A program made the position numbers and the translations under genes. DNA of 64,000 nt, taken from a virus. Positions 56,893 to 64,000 of the stretch are shown piece by piece. The notes below the pieces were generated by a model. That model had not been told where the DNA came from and did no database searches. It saw nothing but the letters and a program-made list of their open reading frames with translations. The stretch lies in the IMG/VR virus record IMGVR_UViG_3300027244_000003. One strand, given 5' to 3'. The stretch's first letter is position 1; each line of letters begins with the position of its first letter.

Positions 56893-59292
56893 ATGTCAAC
56901 ACAAGTACAATTTAGACGAGGTACAACTACACAAAATAATGCGTTCACTGGAGCGCAGGGTGAATTGTCTGTTGACACCGATCTTAAAACGATTCGTCTA
57001 CACGATGGAACTACCGCAGGTGGTGGTTCCACTATGCTTAATAACATCTCTGCACAAACTGCTTTAAATAAAACATTTAGTACTGGTTCTGTTTGGCAGG
57101 GTAATGCTGTTGGTTTAGGTTATGGTGGTACAGGTTCTGCTCTCAGCCCAGCAGCTGGTGCTGTTCTGTATTCTACTGCCAGTGGTCTTGCTCTTTCTGC
57201 AGCTGGTACTTCTGGTCAAATTCTAGTTTCTGGTGGTGCTGGTGCTCCGACATTCGTTGCTGCTTCTTCTATCGCAGCTGGTACTTCTACTACAGCTGCT
57301 ACTGCTACTAACATCGCTGGCGGTTCTGCTGGTCAGTTAGTTATTCAAGCAGATACAAGTTTATCTACATTCATTACTGCTGGTGCATCAGGTACATTCT
57401 TGCGCTCTGCTGGTGCTGGTTATGCACCTACTTGGGCGACTGCAGACGTAACAATTGGTTCTACTGTTATTGCTCTGGGTAGTTCTTCTACTAGTTTAGC
57501 TGGTATGAATATTATTGCAGCTACTGGTACTAGCCATTGGACACTTCCAGTGGGTACAACTGGTAATCGTCCAGTTTCTCCTGCTGCTGGTATGGTTCGT
57601 TACAACTCTACAATCACTTCGTTCGAGGGTTATTCATCTGGTGCATGGTCTTCTCTTGGTGGTGTATCTTCTGTAGATAAGTTTACATACATTCAAGCAG
57701 AAACTTCTGCCAATGCTTCTAATGGTGATCTAGATTTCTTTGCTGAAGATGCAGCTGGCACTGCTGCCACTCAAGTTGGTCAGTGGAATAGAACTAACCT
57801 TAAAGATTATACTGGTACTTTAGTTGGAACACAAACTACTCAGAATGTCTTTAACGCTACTGCAACAACTGTTAATGCTTTTGGCGCAGCGACTACACTT
57901 TCTCTTGGTGCTGCAAGTGGTACAGCGACTGTTAATAACTCAACAGTAACATTAGCCAATGCTACTGCTCTTAACATTAATGGTGCGTCTCCAGCAATTG
58001 CTACAACTAGTACTACTGCTTCCCTATTCAACTCAACAGTTACTACATTAAATATCGGTGGTGCAGCAACTACTATTTCTATAGGTGCTGCAACTGGCAC
58101 ACTAACAATCAATAATGCAAATACAGTTATTACTGGTAACTTAACTGTAAACGGCACAACTACAACAATTAACTCAACAGTAACTTCTGTTGATGATATT
58201 GAATTTGAATTAGGTTCTGTTGCATCTCCAACTAATGTTACTGCCAATGGCGGTGGTATTCGTCTTAAAGGTACTACCGATAAGACTATTACTTGGGATA
58301 GCACTAATGCTAACTGGACTTCTAGTGAAAACTGGAATCTTGCTACTGGTAAGACATTTAAGATCAACAACGTATCAGTTCTAACTGCTAATGCTGTTCT
58401 TAATGATTCTACTCAAACATCTATTACTGTTGGTGGTTCTGCCACTGCGATTACTCTAGGTGCTAATAGTGGAACATTAACTATTGGTAACCCAACTGTT
58501 GTTGGAACACAAACAACACAAAACTTATTTAATACAGTAGCAACTACTTTAAATATTGGTGGTGCATCGACTGCACTAAACTTAGGTGCATCTACAGGTA
58601 CAGCGACTATCGCTAACCAAACTGTTACATTAAGTAATGCCACTGCATTGAATTTGAATGGCGCTTCTCCTGTAATTGCTACAACTAGTACTACTGCTTC
58701 AGTTTTTAACTCATCAGTTACTACTCTCCATATTGGTAGTGCAGCAACTACACTAGCGATTGGTAATGCCACTTCTGCTACCTTGACTCTTCGTCCAGGA
58801 ACTGTTGTTGGATCTAATACCACTCAGAACTTATATAATACAGTTGCCACTACTTTAAACTTAGGTGGTGCAGCAACTGCACTAAACTTAGGTGCATCTA
58901 CTGGTACTACAACAGTTAACAATGATTTAACAGTTGCCTCTGGTAAAAAGATAGTAATGACTAACATCTACGATATCGTAGCATTTAGTGGTTCAACTTC
59001 TGGAACTGGTGCCACAGCAATAACTACTTTATCTTCTTCTGTGTATCGTTCTGGTAAAGTTGTACTGTCAATCACTAATGGTTCTGTTTATAGAATTATG
59101 GAAATGTTGTTTATGCATGATGGTACTACTGTAACATTTAACGAAAACTACACAGTTGCCAATGAAATGCAAAGTGCAACTACTAATACTACATTTAGTG
59201 GATCTATCTCTGCTGGAACTTTAACGATCTTTGCTACTTGTTCTTCTGGAACTTCTGCAATAAAAGGTCAAGCAACTTTATTCAAGGTATAA
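56893..59292 (+). CDS. tail-fibre protein with Mtd-like N-terminal domain
   Basis: VQFRRGTT.....FTGA.GEL.VDTD.....HDG.TAGG; three TTQN.FN..ATT.N repeats. Confidence 0.8.
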   Translation: MSTQVQFRRGTTTQNNAFTGAQGELSVDTDLKTIRLHDGTTAGGGSTMLNNISAQTALNKTFSTGSVWQGNAVGLGYGGTGSALSPAAGAVLYSTASGLALSAAGTSGQILVSGGAGAPTFVAASSIAAGTSTTAATATNIAGGSAGQLVIQADTSLSTFITAGASGTFLRSAGAGYAPTWATADVTIGSTVIALGSSSTSLAGMNIIAATGTSHWTLPVGTTGNRPVSPAAGMVRYNSTITSFEGYSSGAWSSLGGVSSVDKFTYIQAETSANASNGDLDFFAEDAAGTAATQVGQWNRTNLKDYTGTLVGTQTTQNVFNATATTVNAFGAATTLSLGAASGTATVNNSTVTLANATALNINGASPAIATTSTTASLFNSTVTTLNIGGAATTISIGAATGTLTINNANTVITGNLTVNGTTTTINSTVTSVDDIEFELGSVASPTNVTANGGGIRLKGTTDKTITWDSTNANWTSSENWNLATGKTFKINNVSVLTANAVLNDSTQTSITVGGSATAITLGANSGTLTIGNPTVVGTQTTQNLFNTVATTLNIGGASTALNLGASTGTATIANQTVTLSNATALNLNGASPVIATTSTTASVFNSSVTTLHIGSAATTLAIGNATSATLTLRPGTVVGSNTTQNLYNTVATTLNLGGAATALNLGASTGTTTVNNDLTVASGKKIVMTNIYDIVAFSGSTSGTGATAITTLSSSVYRSGKVVLSITNGSVYRIMEMLFMHDGTTVTFNENYTVANEMQSATTNTTFSGSISAGTLTIFATCSSGTSAIKGQATLFKV

Positions 59293-59295
59293 TAT

Positions 59296-60255
59296 ATGGC
59301 AATCCCAACAACTAGAGAAGGTTTAAAACAATACTGTCTCCGTGACTTGGGTGCACCTGTACTCGAAATTAACGTAGATGATGATCAACTAGAAGATCGT
59401 ATTGATGAATCGTTAGATTATTGGAGACAATATCACTATGATGGTATTGAAGAAATTTATTTAAAACAACTTATACGTGCTTCTGAGATCACTCTAACAG
59501 CTAGCGTGGCTGGTACATTTGATACTGGTGAAATAATTACAGGTGTTTCTTCTGGAGCAAAAGCAACAGTTTGTGTAGAATCTCAAAGAAAATCTAATGG
59601 AACATTACTATTAGTTAAAAAGGTCACTGGAACATTTACTGCAGGTGAAGCAATTACTGGTTCTGCTGGACATAATGCTACTCTTAGTTCTATCACTCTA
59701 AGAGAGTACGATAACAAATACATAATTGTCCCAGATTATGTTTGGGGTATAACAGGTATTCTTAACATTGGGCAAGCATCTTCTTCTAAGAATATGTTCG
59801 ACTTGCAATACCAGTTGCGTTTAAATGACTTGTATGATTTAACTTCTACATCAATCATTTATTATACAACTGTGATGCAGCATTTAGACTTACTTGATTG
59901 GACTCTAAATGGTAAAGCAGATTTTAGATTCAATAGACTCCAAGATCGCATGTACTTAGACATTAACTGGGACTCAGATTTATTTCTTGGTGATTACATA
60001 ATCATTAAAGGATATCGTGCAATGGATCCTACCACTTGGTCTAAAGTTTGGAACGAGACTTGGCTAAAGAAATATACATCTGCATTGTTTAAGAAACAAT
60101 GGGGAACAAACCTTAAGAAATTCAAAGGTATTCAACTTCCAGGTGGAGTTGTTTTAGATGGCGATACACTATACCAAGAAGCAATTGCAGAAATACAGAT
60201 GTTAGAACAAGATTTAATTACCAAGTCTGCGCCACTAAACTTCATAATGGGCTAA
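59296..60255 (+). CDS. g13: neck protein gp13
   Basis: YCLR.LGAPVLEINVDDDQ..DRID, WLK.YT.AL.K.QWG.NL.KF..IQLPGGV. Confidence 0.92.
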   Translation: MAIPTTREGLKQYCLRDLGAPVLEINVDDDQLEDRIDESLDYWRQYHYDGIEEIYLKQLIRASEITLTASVAGTFDTGEIITGVSSGAKATVCVESQRKSNGTLLLVKKVTGTFTAGEAITGSAGHNATLSSITLREYDNKYIIVPDYVWGITGILNIGQASSSKNMFDLQYQLRLNDLYDLTSTSIIYYTTVMQHLDLLDWTLNGKADFRFNRLQDRMYLDINWDSDLFLGDYIIIKGYRAMDPTTWSKVWNETWLKKYTSALFKKQWGTNLKKFKGIQLPGGVVLDGDTLYQEAIAEIQMLEQDLITKSAPLNFIMG

Positions 60256-60256
60256 A

Positions 60257-61186
60257 ATGTCAACAACAAATGTTTATTTCTCTCAGGGAACTAAAAACGA
60301 ACAGTTCCTAATTGAGGATTTGATCATAGAATCGTTACGTATTTACGGTAACGAAGTTATGTACATCCCTAGAACTTTGGTTTCTAAGGATAATATTCTT
60401 GGTGAAGATCGTCTCTCTCAATTTAAGTCTGCATTTCCTATTGAAATGTACTTCGAGAACGTAGACTCGTTTGCAGGACAAGGTGCTTTTATTCAGAAGT
60501 TTGGTTTAATGATTGAACAATCTGCCACTCTGGTATGCGCACGTAGAAGATGGGAACAGTTTGTTGGGCGCTATGGAGTAACTACAATTCCAAGTCGCCC
60601 AAACGAAGGTGATTTGATTTACTTCCCACTATCAAAGGGGTTGTTTGAAATCAAATTTGTTCAACATCAAGATCCATTTTATCAACTTGGTAAACTTTAT
60701 GTTTACAAACTGCAAATTGAATTGTTTCAATATGCTTCTGAGTTTATCGATACTGGTATACCTGCTGTAGATGCATTCGAATCTCTAAAATCATTCACAA
60801 CTAATACTACCAGAAGTTCTCGTGGTGAGGTTGTTAGTATCACTATGACCAATCTTGGATCTGGATATACTTCTGTTCCGACAGTTTCATTTGTTAGTGG
60901 AAGTGGTTCTGGTGCTACTGCTACAGCAATTAGGGGAACCTCTGGAGCAAACCTTAATAAAATTACAGGTGTGACTATTACAAATGGTGGTACTGGTTAT
61001 CAAAGTGCTCCAGTCGTACAATTTACTGGAGGTGGTGGAATTGGTGCTCAAGCAACTGCTACTATCGAGACTAATATAGACAAAGCAGCAGACTCTTTCG
61101 CTGACAATAATTCATTCAAGAAAGAATCTGTTAATGTTATTAATTTTGATGAATCAAATCCATTCGGTGAAATAAACAATGCTTAA
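60257..61186 (+). CDS. g14: neck protein gp14 with inserted module
   Basis: EQ.LIEDLI.ES...YG....YIPR, RPNEGDLIYFP, PFYQLGK, F.E.NPFG. Confidence 0.92.
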   Translation: MSTTNVYFSQGTKNEQFLIEDLIIESLRIYGNEVMYIPRTLVSKDNILGEDRLSQFKSAFPIEMYFENVDSFAGQGAFIQKFGLMIEQSATLVCARRRWEQFVGRYGVTTIPSRPNEGDLIYFPLSKGLFEIKFVQHQDPFYQLGKLYVYKLQIELFQYASEFIDTGIPAVDAFESLKSFTTNTTRSSRGEVVSITMTNLGSGYTSVPTVSFVSGSGSGATATAIRGTSGANLNKITGVTITNGGTGYQSAPVVQFTGGGGIGAQATATIETNIDKAADSFADNNSFKKESVNVINFDESNPFGEINNA

Positions 61187-61922
61187 CGATAACGTATACT
61201 ATCATGGAATAATTCGAAAAAGCATTGTTGCTTTTGGTCGTTTATTCAGCGACATCTATATTGATCGCAAACAAGGTGACTCTGTTACTGGAACTACACT
61301 ACAGCGTTTGCAGATTCCTCTTGCCTATGCACCAAAAGAAAAATGGTTAGTTAGAATTGATGGAGATCCAACTTTAGAAAATAACGTAAACACTGTTCTC
61401 CCAAGAATGTCTTTTGAGATCACTGGTTACAATTATGATGCTGCTCGTAAGACTAATCGTATGCAGCAGATTAAATCTGGTAATAGTCTTAACAAATCAG
61501 TTATGTACACACCAGTCCCATACAACTTAGATATTTCTTTGTATGTGTTAACTAAAACACAAGAAGATGGTCTTCAAATTATCGAACAGATTCTCCCAAC
61601 ATTCACACCAGAGTATACATTAAGTGTTAATGCTGTGCCAGATATGGGTGTTGTTATTGATGTTCCCATTGTATTAAATTCTATTCAAGTACAAGATGAA
61701 TACGATGGCGATTTTCAAACTAGAAGATCAGTGGTTCATACATTAAATTTCCAAATGAAATTAAACCTATTTGGACCAATGTCAAATCAAGCAGTTATTG
61801 GTACTGTGTATGCCAATGTTGGTCAAAATGAAAACTTCGCAAATGCAAATAGAGTTTATACTGCAGAAGGTGATGTTACCACAGCTACTGTAACAACAGA
61901 AGACTGGACTTCGAATTTCTAA
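61179..61922 (+). CDS. g15: tail sheath stabiliser / terminator gp15
   Basis: IRK..VAFG.LF, PLAYAPKEKW, LPRMSFE, QI.EQILP.F.P. Confidence 0.92.
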   Translation: MLNDNVYYHGIIRKSIVAFGRLFSDIYIDRKQGDSVTGTTLQRLQIPLAYAPKEKWLVRIDGDPTLENNVNTVLPRMSFEITGYNYDAARKTNRMQQIKSGNSLNKSVMYTPVPYNLDISLYVLTKTQEDGLQIIEQILPTFTPEYTLSVNAVPDMGVVIDVPIVLNSIQVQDEYDGDFQTRRSVVHTLNFQMKLNLFGPMSNQAVIGTVYANVGQNENFANANRVYTAEGDVTTATVTTEDWTSNF

Positions 61923-61924
61923 AC

Positions 61925-63502
61925 ATGGCTGAAATTTATAATTCGAATTCGAACTTAAAAGCTGCTGGTGTAACTGTACAATTTACTCCAGAAAATATTC
62001 AAGAGTACATTAAGTGTTCTCAAGATTACGTTTACTTTATTGAAAACTATTGCTATATCGTTACACTTGACCATGGTCTTCAGTTGTTTAAACTGTATGA
62101 TTGTCAGAAAAATAAACTACATATAATCCATCAGAATCGTCGTGTGATTTTAATGGAAGGTCGTCAGCAGGGTAAGACAACTACATCAGCTGCATACATT
62201 TTATGGTATACCTTATTCCAAGCAAACAAAACTGTAGCGATTTTGGCTAACAAAGCTACATCTGCTCGTGAAGTTTTAAATCGTTATCAAACTATGTATG
62301 AATTGCTTCCTCAATGGATGCAACAAGGTGTCACTACTTGGAATAAAGGTGATATTGAACTAGAGAATGGATCTAAAGTATTCACTTCAGCAACTTCTGC
62401 TTCTGGTATTCGTGGTAAATCTGTTAACTTACTTTATGTTGACGAAGCTGCGATTATCCCAAATCAAGTTGCCGAGGAATTCTTTACATCTGTTTATCCA
62501 ACGATTTCTGCTGGACAGACTACTAAGATTCTTTTATCTTCTACACCACTCGGCTATAACCATTTCTGGAAGTTTTGGAATGATGCTGAAAATGGTCGCA
62601 ATGGGTTTACACCATTGTTCATTCCTTATTGGGAAATTCCAGGTCGTGATGATAAGTGGGCAGCTGAACAGAAAGCCATGCTTGGTGAACTTAAATATAA
62701 CCAAGAGGTTGCTTGTAAATTCCTTGGTTCTAGTTTAACTTTAATCTCTGCAGATGTTATCGCCAAGATGCCAGTCGATCCTATCATCTATACAAAAGAT
62801 GGATTGGATGTTTATGTTAAGCCACAGGCTGGACATACTTATTGTATGGTCTGTGACGTAGCAAAAGGTGTTGGTGGTGACTATTCAGCATTCCAATTAA
62901 TAGATATAACAGAAGTTCCATATAGAACAGTCGCAAAATACAGAAAGAATGATATTAGTCCTCTCTTATATCCCAATGTGATATACAAAGTGGGTAAAGA
63001 ATACAACGAAGCATACGTATTAATAGAAATTAACTCGAGTGAACAGGTCGCCCATATCTTATACTCAGAATTAGAATATGAAAATCTTCTATTCGTTAAT
63101 CGCCATAATATGGGTCAGTATATCGGTGGAGGATTTGGTGGAGGTAAAACTCAACTAGGTGTCAATACTGATAAAAAGATCAAAAGAATTGGATGTCACA
63201 ACTTCAAATCATTGATCGAAGAAAACAAGTTACTTGTAACCGATGCAGATACGATTTCTGAAATTTCAACATTTATAGAAATTAAAGGATCATATGCTGC
63301 TGATGAAGGATATCACGATGATTTGGTAATGCCTTTGGTGCTCTTTGGATGGGTCACAACTCAGCCGTATTTCAAAGACCTAAATAATGTTAACCTTAGA
63401 GAAATTATGTACAAAAAGCAAATACAAGCTATTGAAGAGGAATTGACACCATTCGGATTCTATGACGATGGAAGTCCTGAAAAGGCTCCACTGAATTTTT
63501 GA
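61925..63502 (+). CDS. g17: terminase large subunit gp17
   Basis: RQQGKTT, ILANK, YVDEAA, SSTP.G.NHF, DVAKGVGGDYS, HDDLVM. Confidence 0.95.
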   Translation: MAEIYNSNSNLKAAGVTVQFTPENIQEYIKCSQDYVYFIENYCYIVTLDHGLQLFKLYDCQKNKLHIIHQNRRVILMEGRQQGKTTTSAAYILWYTLFQANKTVAILANKATSAREVLNRYQTMYELLPQWMQQGVTTWNKGDIELENGSKVFTSATSASGIRGKSVNLLYVDEAAIIPNQVAEEFFTSVYPTISAGQTTKILLSSTPLGYNHFWKFWNDAENGRNGFTPLFIPYWEIPGRDDKWAAEQKAMLGELKYNQEVACKFLGSSLTLISADVIAKMPVDPIIYTKDGLDVYVKPQAGHTYCMVCDVAKGVGGDYSAFQLIDITEVPYRTVAKYRKNDISPLLYPNVIYKVGKEYNEAYVLIEINSSEQVAHILYSELEYENLLFVNRHNMGQYIGGGFGGGKTQLGVNTDKKIKRIGCHNFKSLIEENKLLVTDADTISEISTFIEIKGSYAADEGYHDDLVMPLVLFGWVTTQPYFKDLNNVNLREIMYKKQIQAIEEELTPFGFYDDGSPEKAPLNF

Positions 63503-63584
63503 ATTGAAAACTTGTAAAAACTAAATAAAATGTAGACAAGAAATTTCTGTCTAAAGTAAAAACTTATTAACAAGGAGAATTACA

Positions 63585-64000
63585 ATGCCTTTCCAATTAT
63601 CTCCAGGCGTTGCAGTCGTAGAAAAAGATTACACATCGATCGTTCCAGCTGTATCTAGCTCTCGTGGAGCGTTTGCTGGTGCTTTCCAATGGGGTCCAGT
63701 TTTGGCTCCTACTCAGGTTAGTTCCGAGAACGAATTAGTTCGTTACTTCGGTAAACCAACTGATGCGAATGCGCAAGCCTTTTTTACTGCAGCGAACTTC
63801 CTGTCATACACAAATGCTCTCTTAATTTCTCGTGCAGACGTAACTGCAGCTAGAAATGCAGTTGCTACTCAAACTGGTACAGTTACATCAGTCACTATGG
63901 TGACTGGTGGTACTGGTTACGATGCAACTCTTTTACCTGCTGTTACATTTAGCGCACCTCAAATTACAGGTGGTGCAGCTGCAACTGGTACTGCAATTTC
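63585..64000 (+). CDS. g18: tail sheath gp18 (N-terminal part, runs off window)
   Basis: AAGGAG SD; MPFQLSPGVAVVEKD...AG.FQWGP...FGKP...FFTAANFLSY. Confidence 0.9.
   Translation, partial: MPFQLSPGVAVVEKDYTSIVPAVSSSRGAFAGAFQWGPVLAPTQVSSENELVRYFGKPTDANAQAFFTAANFLSYTNALLISRADVTAARNAVATQTGTVTSVTMVTGGTGYDATLLPAVTFSAPQITGGAAATGTAI

Noticed and set aside
50418-58823. Many antisense ORFs (e.g. 53341-53790, 57840-58370)
   Set aside because: Shadows of Thr/Ala/Gly codon bias in fibre genes; no SD or protein-like motifs
56893-59292. Diversity-generating retroelement suggested by the Mtd-like N-terminus and AAY-rich fibre end
   Set aside because: No reverse transcriptase and no template/variable repeat pair seen in the window; the Mtd N-domain is a common fibre anchor
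61925-63502. Intein or intron in terminase
   Set aside because: Normal length and continuous motifs
1-64000. Stop-codon reassignment
   Set aside because: Core genes are full length in the standard code and coding density is high

Overview
This window is part of a T4-like (Tevenvirinae/Kyanoviridae-like) myophage genome, AT-rich, standard genetic code. The tmRNA tag suggests a (beta)proteobacterial host, but this is an inference. 1-17 kb (+): early/middle accessory genes (five 2OG-Fe(II) oxygenases, metallophosphoesterase, MazG-like, HAD nucleotidase, DenV-like, PhoH, GH19 lysin, exonuclease, outer-membrane beta-barrel, SleB-type hydrolase, ClpP), a circularly permuted two-piece tmRNA gene, then g33, g59 and g32. 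17-22.8 kb (-): tape-measure-like gene, g51/g26 (probable -1 frameshift fusion), a displaced g16, holin, g54, g2, g4. 22.8-64 kb (+): baseplate (g48, g53, hub, g5, PAAR, g25, g6, g7, g8), fibre genes, g13-g15, g17 and the start of g18. The strongest novel candidate lies inside the fibre region (43.8-49.8 kb): a fibre protein ending in a His/Cys-rich ...[14 protein letters not shown] tail, followed by a radical SAM/SPASM enzyme, a signal-peptide-less DctP and an asparagine-synthetase-like ATP pyrophosphatase. This looks like RiPP-type maturation machinery aimed at a virion protein. All family assignments come from motif recognition by eye; no database search was run.
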